A stretch of 61,364 nucleotides of DNA, counting the filler, from Porpidia crustulata (Eukaryota), in the NCBI GenBank assembly GCA_964255105.1. It is 2 parts of 2 records of this genome, joined end to end, with 100 filler letters (N's around TTAATTAATTAA, not from the genome) between each part and the next. Parts side by side here need not be neighbours in the genome. Positions count along the whole stretch, not along the records: positions 1 to 30,739 come from CAXUWE010000019.1; 1 more part is not named here. The stretch is one strand, 5' to 3'. The position numbers were made by a program, and so were the translations under genes. Of the stretch, positions 1 through 10,072 are shown piece by piece. Numbering within the stretch: the first letter of the stretch is position 1; each line of letters begins with the position of its first letter. Below the pieces are notes generated by a model that had not been told where the DNA came from, did not search any database, and saw nothing but the letters and a program-made list of their open reading frames with translations.

Positions 1-99
1 CTTCGTTGATTTACCCCCATAGCTAGGTAGTTAGGAGGCCCCTAACATTTTCTTCGTTGATTTACCCCCATAGCTAGGTAATTAGGAGGCCCCTAACAT
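1..99. repeat. Tandem 51-bp duplication at the window edge, followed by an AT-rich tract (about 205-280)
   Basis: 1-48 and 52-99 are identical except G30/A81. The unit contains a small GTTAGG..CCTAAC inverted repeat. Confidence 0.85.
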
Positions 100-495
100 G
101 GATGCTATGCTCCATAGTATAGCTATTATGCCTAGCATGATGAGATATACGCTCCTTCCGCGTATATTTGAAACTGCCTAGTGAGCCGTGCTAACAAGCA
201 CGTAAAAATAAAGAAGTAAAAATAATAAAAAAACTTAACTATTTTGTTTATTAAATTTATTATTTCAGATTTATTATACGCACATCGAAAGCTCTTGTAT
301 ATGCATCGAGTCTCATTTATGACACTTTCTCAAAGCAGTCCGATTGATCAAGAAACGTATCTAGTCGCGACAACCAATGCATCGGCATATTTGCAAATTT
401 CGGAAATATAGCTGGCGAGCTACAAATGTGCGATACCTGAGGCATTGCGAGACAGAGCCCTGAGGCTATTGCGTCCTCGAATACAAGAGCAGGGG

Positions 496-1734
496 CTAAT
501 TCTCATTAAAAGTAGAGGCTCCAGGAGCTGTGCTTACTGGTGTCATTCTGGAAACGTACCCGCTATCATTCAACACAGTAGACTTAACTTTCTTACGTCT
601 TTCGCTCGTGCTGTTGCCGCTTCCTCGCCGCACACGGGTCGCAAGTGGTCGTTCCTCACCTTCCAGATTCGTTGGCGTACTACTGCGAGACGTAGTTCGA
701 GATTGAGAATCTGACCTCGGGACTGAGTGTCGAGTCTTGATATCCCTTTCCGAATGACGTCTATAATGAATTTTCTCGATGTCGCCGCGTCTCGCACCTA
801 TATCATGTGGCTTTCTCCACCCACGCCAGCCTATCCACCAACACCACCCACCCTGCTCCTTTGCCAAATGTCTTTGCCGCCTTTGAAATCGTTGCAGTAA
901 TTGCGTTCTTCCTTCGTTCTCCTTCTCCCAGTACTCCAGTCGATAAAGCTCCCAATTTTCACGGAACTCTGGTGAGAATGGTTTTGGTAAAAGTAATAGT
1001 TTGATGTGGTCACCCCCGGGAGAAAGATCCTCCTGGTTCAACATCTCAAATTCCTCGGATTCTGCTCGGTTGAGAGTACCAGCTGGTCTTTCCATCAAAT
1101 GATCCGTATAGTAATATGAAGATCCTTGAGATGGAAAGAATGAAGAGTACGGAAATAATAAAGATAAGTGGCCAAACGTCTCCCTCCACCAAGGCCCTTT
1201 GATGATGACTACCTTGGCATTAATATTCCTCAATCCCCGATTTGCAACACCAACCCATCGCCGAGGCCACCTAATGCCTCGATCCCATTGGCCAGTACCC
1301 CAAACCAAGATGGCTGTGACAATACCACCCATTAGCGCAACCTTTTCAGCCATTTCAACTACCCAGTAGACCGAACCACCAACTCCACTGCCATCTTCTC
1401 GTGGGCGTAGGAATAGAGCGTAGGAGAAACATATAATCCAAATCGATAGTAACAGTAGGAAGAAAGTATTCTGTTTTCTGCGAGAGCGCAGAGCTAAGTA
1501 TTGAGACCGAAGCGACGCTTCCAGAATCAAAAGGTTCAAATAGATTTGTGGCGGAGAGGATGGAAGAGCCGCAAGAGGATCAGATAGCTGCAGTGGAGTT
1601 GAAGACCTGGATGGTGCAGGCTCTGCAGATTCAGCCGGCGGCGCTGGTGTTGGAGATCTGGAGAGCACCGTAGGCACTGATGTACCGGGTGGTGGAGCGC
1701 CTTTGACAAGCTGATCAAGTTTTGAGCCGGACAT
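496..1734 (-). CDS. SPO7: Spo7, regulatory subunit of the Nem1-Spo7 phosphatase (lipin/Pah1 activator)
   Basis: 412-aa ORF with SSPPQIYLNLLILEASLR, two TM segments and LLLLPKPFSPEFRENWELYR, typical of the Spo7 family. Confidence 0.9.
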   Translation of the reverse strand: MSGSKLDQLVKGAPPPGTSVPTVLSRSPTPAPPAESAEPAPSRSSTPLQLSDPLAALPSSPPQIYLNLLILEASLRSQYLALRSRRKQNTFFLLLLSIWIICFSYALFLRPREDGSGVGGSVYWVVEMAEKVALMGGIVTAILVWGTGQWDRGIRWPRRWVGVANRGLRNINAKVVIIKGPWWRETFGHLSLLFPYSSFFPSQGSSYYYTDHLMERPAGTLNRAESEEFEMLNQEDLSPGGDHIKLLLLPKPFSPEFRENWELYRLEYWEKENEGRTQLLQRFQRRQRHLAKEQGGWCWWIGWRGWRKPHDIGARRGDIEKIHYRRHSERDIKTRHSVPRSDSQSRTTSRSSTPTNLEGEERPLATRVRRGSGNSTSERRKKVKSTVLNDSGYVSRMTPVSTAPGASTFNEN

Positions 1735-2319
1735 TGTAAGACAACTGAGCTAATAAGACGATAGTGAGACGACCATCGGTACTGTTTCTCTACTTGATCG
1801 TTGAGAAAGAGCTTCGTATCACTGCACGTATTGACAGCACAAATGACGGAGTTATCTACCGGTAGAAGGCGATGGCAATGTAATCTAGCAGGATGTGGGC
1901 TTCAGGAGAGTTAATTGAACTCCGCTTGTTGTTTCTCTCGGCACATACGAGTGTAACCTTTGTTCCGCAAATTAAGGACTGGTCTTGTATCCCCGCTCCC
2001 TAGTAGGAGGCACGGAGGCTCTTTCCGCTCGGAGATAAGCGCCCACATCCCTAGAATTGAGTAGGTAAGTCCGTCTTTTCTGTTTAGGCAAACACTGACG
2101 ACACCTCGCTCCAACATGACAGTCCAACTGAATAAACAGGCTCACGGAATGTGTAATATATGATCCTGTGCCTATGATGACCCAGTGCTGGAGTTAGAAT
2201 TGGCGTTTCTCTCCCCCACTTCAACGGTCGCGGGCCGGATACCTTCTAACGTGCAGTTAAGTCTGTCCCAGAGTCGCTCCATACCCCTAGTCCCCATCCG
2301 TAGCTGCCAGGCTACTTTC

Positions 2320-4043
2320 ATGTCAATCATCCCTTCGAGACTAAGTTCCACCATGTCTACGACTGCTGCAAATAACAGTGATGACGACTTTCGATCGAAA
2401 TCTCAGCGAAGCCCCTTGGCTTCCCAAAGAGCCAAGCAAGGCGAGAGACCTACAGAAGCCAATCGCACTGGAAGATTTGGAGCTTACTTTACGCTCGGGT
2501 ATAAAGAGGGATTCAGTCAGTGGGTAGGAGAGATGTTACGTCCGCTAAAACCGCCACTGGGCGACTAATTTATGCATAGTGGGCGAACATGCCAGCAGCT
2601 GTAGCTGAGCACACCGTTCTGTCTTACATACCTTATCTCCAGCGACCTCCAACCCACACCGAGACAGGATCTGCTCCCCCATCAACATCTGTCTCCAAAT
2701 TCTCTGTTTCCGAAAGTGGGAGTAATCAAGCGCCTCTAGTAACGACAAACTCTATAACCGATCCCTTTGGTCCTCGACAATGGCACTCGAACCTGGTCAA
2801 GCTCAGCGGTAAGAATCGAGCCCTCAATGAGTTTTCTGTGGACCGTAGTGGGGAAGAGACAGATCAGAATTTGGTGATATTACATGGCTACGGTGCTGGA
2901 CTCGGGTTTTTTTACAAGAATTTCGAAGGCTTGAGTAGAGTCAAAGGCTGGAAGATCTACGCACTTGATCTCTTGGGAATGGGCCGAAGTAGTAGGCCGC
3001 CGTTCCGGATTCATAGCAAAAGCCGAGAAGCGAGTATCACCGAGGCCGAGAACTGGTTCATCGATGCGCTCGAAGAATGGCGAGTAAAGAAGAACATAGA
3101 TCGATTTACGCTTCTTGGACATAGCCTAGGAGGCTACATGGCTGTTGCGTATGCGCTGAAGTATCCTGGGCATCTGAATAAATTGGTACTTGCATCACCC
3201 GTTGGCATACCGGAAGATCCGTATGCTGTCAACGCAGAAATGCCGGATCCCTCCGCATCGACACTTGCCAACGAATTCTCCCAAGATCAAGATGAGACAA
3301 CGAAATCCTCCAATCTTACGATAGCCCAGACTGTGAAGCATGGAGATAATAATAACTTCTTGAACGCGCGGCCGAAAGCACAACAAAGTGAGGCTCAAAG
3401 CGATAAGACTCCACCGCCAGCTCCAAGAAAGCCGCTTCCAAAATGGTTAATTTATCTGTGGGATGCTAACATCTCTCCTTTCAGCCTGGTTCGTTGGTCG
3501 GGTCCGCTCGGTCCACGCTTCGTGTCAGGCTGGACGTCACGGAGGTTTTCTCACCTAGCACCCGACGAAGCACAAGCCTTACATGACTATGCTTATTCGC
3601 TGTTCAGACAACGTGGTAGCGGTGAATATGCATTAGCATACATACTTGCCCCAGGCGCGTTTGCTCGCAGCCCACTAATCCGACGGGTTGACGGCATTGG
3701 TCGTCAAATTATCACGCCAAATGGTACGACCACCTCCAGTGTCCAGACGGCGGAACGAAGGCGCGAGAACGGCTTTCCAGTAATCCTCATGTATGGCGAG
3801 AACGACTGGATGGACATAGCAGGGGGTTATGCTGCGGAGCAAAAAATGAAAGAAGCCAAGGACAAGGCTCTACAACAAGCTTCAGCTGAGGAAAAGAAGA
3901 ATGAGAATGGATCAGCCAAGGTAATGATAATTAAAAATGCTGGTCATCATGTATATCTTGATGGATGGGAAGAGTTCAATGAAGTGATGAGGGATGAGAT
4001 GAATGACGTTTCGAGACGGGAGAAGAAGATCTCGAATTTCTAG
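2320..4043 (+). CDS. Alpha/beta hydrolase of the CGI-58/Ict1/Cld1 (cardiolipin deacylase-like) family; intron 2524-2579; alternative start 2353
   Basis: HGYGAG, DLLGMGRSSRP, nucleophile GHSLG and AGHHVYLD (HX4D) motifs. A GT..CTAAT..TAG intron joins GFSQW to WANMP in frame. Confidence 0.85.
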
Positions 4044-4428
4044 CAGCAACGTATTCCTTCGTGGATCCCCTCTATTGTCACCGCTAGATTTCCATCCCAA
4101 AATGGTCCGTACCCAGGTTCCACCTTTTGGTGATATTTCTGCGTTATTGATTGATAGCGGTAGTCCATTTGCATTCTATCTCTCTGTCCTTTCATTCAGT
4201 CTCGACAATTCATGGGTCTGCACAGGCGATTTAGATAAGAGATTGAAGTTTGGCTTGCCCGCCTTGTCTGGTCGCCTCCAGCAAAGCGAATGTTATTCGG
4301 CTGTTCTCAACATCCAAGGCGGACTGTGGCACAAAGTGGATATGGGATTGGGGCACTCGTCTGGAGATTGAGCGTGGCTATGCCATTAACATAGCCGCGT
4401 AGAGTTCATAGTCCTAGTGGCCTTGTTC

Positions 4429-5172
4429 CTAGTTGTGATAGGTCCGAGATTGCGTACTTCGACTGGAACCGTCCAAGGAGAATGTGGACACAGAGGAAGC
4501 CTTCGAGCGTAGTAATACTTTGCCAACATTGGCAGTATCCAAAGCGGTTGGTGGCTTAGATGGCTGAGGGTCGATGAAGTACTCCTCCGGACTCGCATTA
4601 CCTGGCACATGTATGCTGTTAGGTGTCCTTGTCCTTGATCGGACAGGTGATCGACTAATGAGCGGAGCAGAAGATAGACTACTAGAAGTGAGTGAGCGAT
4701 GATGATGTCGTTTGCGCTCGCCAACTGTAGCGGGCAGCTCCAGCCGGGAGTTCATCGAGGTCCATAGATCCTCCTCATGGTCTGGGCCAGGAAACCTCCA
4801 TCCTCCAACGCCTTCAAAGTCCCGCTCAATGCCTCCACCGTTATAGATGCCGAGACCATTGCTATCAAGTACTTTGGGTGTAAGCGACCCAGAGTTGCCG
4901 CTTCCAGCACTGCTTCTTCGGCTCTTGCGGCGATGTTCTTTTTCGTCCGGCGCGGGAGAGGTCGCCTTCAAAGGCGACTTTGTGAGTTCTGACATGGCCT
5001 GGCCTATGAATTGATCATGCACCAAAGCCACACCTAGTTCAGCGTAGACAATAAGGACACGGAAGAAAAGAGTAGAAAAGGCGAAGGATGTCGTCAGAAG
5101 AGCAAAACCCACGAGCGGGATGGATGCGAGAAGCAAAAGAGGCGATAGAAGAGTGCACAGTAAGTTGGTCAT
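4429..5172 (-). CDS. Hypothetical fungal protein with N-terminal hydrophobic/TM segments and a Ser/Arg-rich tail
   Basis: 247-aa ATG ORF with a hydrophobic N-terminus and DFEGVGGWR and WTSMNSRLELP blocks that look conserved. Confidence 0.7.
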   Translation of the reverse strand: MTNLLCTLLSPLLLLASIPLVGFALLTTSFAFSTLFFRVLIVYAELGVALVHDQFIGQAMSELTKSPLKATSPAPDEKEHRRKSRRSSAGSGNSGSLTPKVLDSNGLGIYNGGGIERDFEGVGGWRFPGPDHEEDLWTSMNSRLELPATVGERKRHHHRSLTSSSLSSAPLISRSPVRSRTRTPNSIHVPGNASPEEYFIDPQPSKPPTALDTANVGKVLLRSKASSVSTFSLDGSSRSTQSRTYHN

Positions 5173-5436
5173 CTTCTGGATAGTAAAAAGTTATTCAGGT
5201 TAACGTCAAGCAACTTGGATTTCATCTCGACATTGTTCGCATTTGGAGAAATTCGGACGACGTGACATGCATGTGAAAAGCGGGTTGCCAAGCCATGCCT
5301 GCTAGCTCGGGATCCCCACTTTTTGATGTTGTATATAAAAGCTCAAGATAATCCACAGATCTACGAAGTAAATACGGGTAGCTCTTGTAATGTATGTTAC
5401 TACGTTTTTAATTGTTGGACGACAGTATTGCGCAAC

Positions 5437-6588
5437 ATGGTGTATCATCCAGGAGAGTCCTTTCCTTGGCACGTCGGGATTTATGACGCCCATTGTCATC
5501 CTACTGACACTTTGTCATCTCGACAAGAAATTCCAACCATGAAGGCGAGGGTCTTGGTAATCATGGCCACTCGGCCAGAAGATCAGATTTTGGTAGCGGG
5601 ATTTGCAGACGAATTTGGCTTAAAGCAGACTCTTCACCGCGAAGGTGATGAGACAGAAATTCCCCATTGTCGAGTTATCCCTTCTTTCGGCTGGCATCCT
5701 TGGTTCTCTCATCTACTTTGCGACGATCTAATGTCTGAGGGAGGGCATAGCCATAGGTCAGAGAAAGTAGATCATTACAAGCGTGTCATTACCCCATCAC
5801 CAGAGGATAGTGACTTCCTTCAATCTCTTCCTGACCCTTACCCGTTATCCCAATATATTACTAAAACTCGAGAATACCTCAAGCGATATCCCACAGCCCT
5901 TGTGGGGGAAATCGGAATTGACCGGGCATTCCGTATCCCCGAGCACTGGCTGCCAGATGACGCAAACGTAAGGCAGCCAGACTTAAGTCCGGATGGACGA
6001 GAAGGTCGAAGATTGTCGCCCTATCGGGTCAACATCGACCACCAACGTAAGGTTTTAACCGCGCAGCTCAACCTTGCAGGAGAGATGCAAAGACCTGTGT
6101 CGGTACATGGCGTTTCAGCACATGGTCTATTATTTGAGACTCTTCACGCCACCTGGGACGGTTATGAAAAGAAGCCCTTGAGTAAAAGATCTCAGAAGAG
6201 AAGAGCTGGCGTCAACAGCCCCTGTGACCCCAATAATCAAAACGAAGTTAGACCCTTTCCGCCTCGTATATGTCTACACTCCTATTCTGGTCCTCCAGAC
6301 ACTCTCAGACGATACCTTCATCAATCTGTACCTGCTACTATCTTTTTCTCCTTTTCTGAGATCATTAATTTCTCTACCTCATCCAAAAAGGCTATCGATG
6401 TTGTCAAGGCGGTACCACATACACGATTGCTGATAGAAAGCGACCTACACTGTGCTGGAGCACGGATGGATGAATTGCTGGAAACAGTGATACGATCCAT
6501 ATGCCATATAAAGGGTTGGTCGTTGGATGAAGGTACTAGGCAGCTTGCTGAAAATTGGACACATTTCGTATTCGGAGAGGAGGCATAG
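5437..6588 (+). CDS. TatD-family metal-dependent hydrolase/DNase (Scn1-like); ORF is open from 5323
   Basis: DAHCH, FGWHPW, VGEIGID, SVHGV, CLHSYSG and LLIESD TatD motifs. Confidence 0.85.
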   Translation: MVYHPGESFPWHVGIYDAHCHPTDTLSSRQEIPTMKARVLVIMATRPEDQILVAGFADEFGLKQTLHREGDETEIPHCRVIPSFGWHPWFSHLLCDDLMSEGGHSHRSEKVDHYKRVITPSPEDSDFLQSLPDPYPLSQYITKTREYLKRYPTALVGEIGIDRAFRIPEHWLPDDANVRQPDLSPDGREGRRLSPYRVNIDHQRKVLTAQLNLAGEMQRPVSVHGVSAHGLLFETLHATWDGYEKKPLSKRSQKRRAGVNSPCDPNNQNEVRPFPPRICLHSYSGPPDTLRRYLHQSVPATIFFSFSEIINFSTSSKKAIDVVKAVPHTRLLIESDLHCAGARMDELLETVIRSICHIKGWSLDEGTRQLAENWTHFVFGEEA

Positions 6589-7105
6589 CCTTAGGAATTA
6601 TTACACTGATATCAACTAGCATTACTGAGACTAGTAATATCGAATTGAGACGCTTTCAATGCACAGCAACTACGTCAGATATGAATCATATATTATTGTG
6701 ATGCAAAGCGCATCAATCAAGAGTGGTGAGCTTATTTTTGGAGTGAGCTCATCTTCATTACCGAATTCACCTGAAGTACTGCAAGTGGTTCTCAATTGTC
6801 TAGGCAGAGGTGCCAAAGTTCATACTACTTAGCCATTGTTGCTCAATTCACTTCGACCAGGATTCCTCAATTTCTAGATTTTAGAGGATCTAAAGCTAAT
6901 TAATCTATCGCGAACGACACCGAGCTCGATTTTGTCAAGCTATTGAGGTTGTAAAGCACCGACTCCCAATTGTGGGACACTTGACCACGAGGTAGAATGG
7001 AAGCTCTATGCAACACAAGTCTTCACACCTATCAAAAAAATTCGCTGGTGACCCGCAGACTTTTCCGCCTCACGAAGACCGACTCATGGAAGATACGCTC
7101 GTCGG

Positions 7106-7882
7106 TTGGATTTTATTTATACAAATCCTCGCGGCTTAGCTCATAGAATCAGCAGCAAAATCTCAAACAAAGTTTTATGGACCCCTCAAGCTCCCCAACG
7201 GACTGGCCTGAGCACAACCTTGAAGGGCACCGAAACCGAATTTCCATCAAAAGCCCCACACTACCCTCCACCCAGAAATCCTCTAGTTTCAGCGATAACA
7301 TCGCTAGAACAATTGTCTCGTCCAGCAAAGAGGGTCATGTCGTACAAAGTCCCAAAAACCATAAAGGAAGGCTTTCCACTGGCTTCGGAAATTCTACCGA
7401 GGGGTCTCTTGCAAGAAGAGATAATCAGGAAATACCCAAATCACTTACATGGAAAGCTGTTACTAGACATCTCGGCGACTTGGAAGCCTAAGGAGATAAG
7501 CGAGATCGGCAAAATTAAGGCCAACACGCTGGTAAAGCGAATCCGAGCGGCTAGAATCAGACATGACGGGGAGGGATCGAAAAAGAATCAGGATAGGAAG
7601 AAAGTGCCGACGTCAGCTCGGAATCGTCGAGGCAAATATAAGCACCGAGCTGGTTCGCACCTAGAAGGCTTTCTGGCAGCCGAAGCAAAAGAATATCCAC
7701 CGTCTAACTACAATGAAGCTCTCGAATGGGAATCCGAAGTCAGCAATAAATTCCGCACAGAGCAAGAGCAGATCAGAGAACAGTCAGTCATAGAAAGAGG
7801 AACAATGGAAGCCGCGGCAAAGCTGAAAATCAAGGGGAAGGGCAGAAATGAGCGATGGTATTCGGAGGAACATTGCGAATAA
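7106..7882 (+). CDS. Orphan basic protein, possibly with an HTH motif; true start uncertain (TTG in the ORF track)
   Basis: 258-codon open frame with protein-like composition; no family recognised. Confidence 0.45.
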   Translation: MDFIYTNPRGLAHRISSKISNKVLWTPQAPQRTGLSTTLKGTETEFPSKAPHYPPPRNPLVSAITSLEQLSRPAKRVMSYKVPKTIKEGFPLASEILPRGLLQEEIIRKYPNHLHGKLLLDISATWKPKEISEIGKIKANTLVKRIRAARIRHDGEGSKKNQDRKKVPTSARNRRGKYKHRAGSHLEGFLAAEAKEYPPSNYNEALEWESEVSNKFRTEQEQIREQSVIERGTMEAAAKLKIKGKGRNERWYSEEHCE

Positions 7883-10072
7883 TACATTCGCGATCTCTGA
7901 AAAGAAGAGCTCTGGGGAGCTTGACCAGCTTGCGAAATGGCTAGGATTAGGTTATGGGGTCTGTGCTAGTTTCTGCGAGATTATGGTCACATTTCACTCG
8001 ATGCCATTGAATGTTGGACCATGTTGACTAATAAAATTGGGAACAAGCACCAAAGCACCAAGGATGGAGCTGTCGGTGAAATAGTCTGCTCTAGTGTAGC
8101 GCCAAGGAATCCCTGCAAGGCTTTTGCATTTCAGCGTCGACTCATCCTAGATAAACTTGAATCGTCTTATCGATCATCCCAACAAGGAGCAATTCTCGAT
8201 GTTCTGTCAGTCTAGATCCATGAAGCGGGACTTATGTGGTATTGCTGGTTAAGAAATATGTGAGGCATACTGCCAATGATGTCAACAACTCGTCTTCAAC
8301 TGGGTCTCAAGTATTTCCAGATATCACACTCTGCAGTGAGACCTGAACTCCAATGGCTTTGGATCCGCATAATGCTGCTCTCTTCACTCGTATACTCGAA
8401 ACTTGCTTTTATTCCAGCATCACCTTTCGCCACCCCTCGTCCAACTCCCAGTAGCCTAGCGAAAAGCTGAGCCTAGATCATTACTATCGATGAAAGCCTG
8501 ATTCTGGTCAAGGCTACAAGGACTCGTTCCATTTGAGGAGGTGGTGAGCGATTTGGGTGATTGGACATACATATTGCAAGACCTCCGTGATTGACGCAGA
8601 AACGGAATGATTAAGTTCCTCTCTATGCACAGTCGGCTGTGAGAAATGGAAGATGGGTGCATTAACTTAAAGATATGATTAGCTTGAAAAGGATTAAAGC
8701 CTCAAAACTGAACGTCTACTGGCAGCTCGTCTGAATCGATATCATTCTCGCTTTCGTTCCGTTCTAATAGACACCTTCGCAGGAGCTTTGCCGAAAGCTT
8801 TTTCAAGGTCACAGGGTCTTGAAATCAATGTAGTAAGTCTTTCCGTCTCTTCCGTTGCCTTCTACCTCTAACAACACTCGCTGCTGTCTTGAGTAGGGAC
8901 ACGAATGCAATTTTGCACCCTTGGGCTTATCTATTAATGCCAGCATTTCTACCTTAAACCAAATCCTGGCTGTTCGCTAATGTTCGGCCTTCAGAATAGA
9001 GTTTTACAAATGTCAATGTTGGCTCTGGAAGCAATGATTACGTCTGGGCGAAGAACGACGAGAGCATCGCAAGGACCACTGACGCTCCAGATTGAAGTAA
9101 CCCGAATCGCTACGGAGTGCGGACATGGTTTAATTGTCCATGTAGCTTCACATCATCCTTAAGCATTACAGCGAACTACCTCTGCCCTCATGCTAGCTAT
9201 ATTGTCACTTAAGTCTATTGCCATTGATACATAAAGATTGAGCTGAAGCATTGTCCCTCAACACTTTAATTCTAACGAGAATGGCTGCCGCCTCAACGAG
9301 GCTGTCGTTCATCCGAAATGAACAGATCTCAATCCATACCATACACATACTTCGTATGACCTAATCTGCGTACCGTCTGATGATGCATTTGAGACCCTCC
9401 AAAACCTTGAGCCTCAAAGAAACGGTCAGTCTCTTTTCGTATCACCGAGAGGCGTCCGCGACGATTCGACTACTACCGGAGGTAGCGATTATGTCATTTG
9501 TGCCCTCACAAGCGATTCACAAAATTGTAAATTTCTCGAGCAAAGCAACTTATATTAAGTCTTCGCGATCCGCTTGTCTAGGTTTGATCCCTCGTGGCGA
9601 TTCAATCGCCGAAAAAGAACCGGAAAACATCGAAATCAAACGCCTTCGCCAAGAGCAAAGGCAGCGTAGTACCGAAGGTAAACACCCACGCTTTACCGAC
9701 AGTGCGGTGTACAAAAGCTAGGCTCGCAATGCCAGGCGTATCAAATGGCGAGGAATGGCAAACTGTTAATGGGATGAGGCAGCGTCCCAGGAAAGGGCTC
9801 AGGAATAGATCACGTTTAGGTGGGATGGGCATCGGCTGCCATCTCGCCAACATCGGCATGGAACGATATGTACCGCAATGTAGCAACGGTAATACGAGTC
9901 TTATGGATGATGATACTCATTCTATCCATTCATTGGTTAATAGAAAATCAATATCGACGTCCTACGAGTACCTAATGCACACTTCAGTCAGGTTGACATA
10001 AGAGTTTACAAGTACAAGTTAGGATGCCCAACATCTCATTTTCGAAACTACTGTTCTTCGAGACAATTCGGC

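Noticed and set aside
1..99. CRISPR-like repeats with an internal palindrome
   Set aside because: The units are contiguous with no unique spacers, the context is eukaryotic and there are no cas genes.
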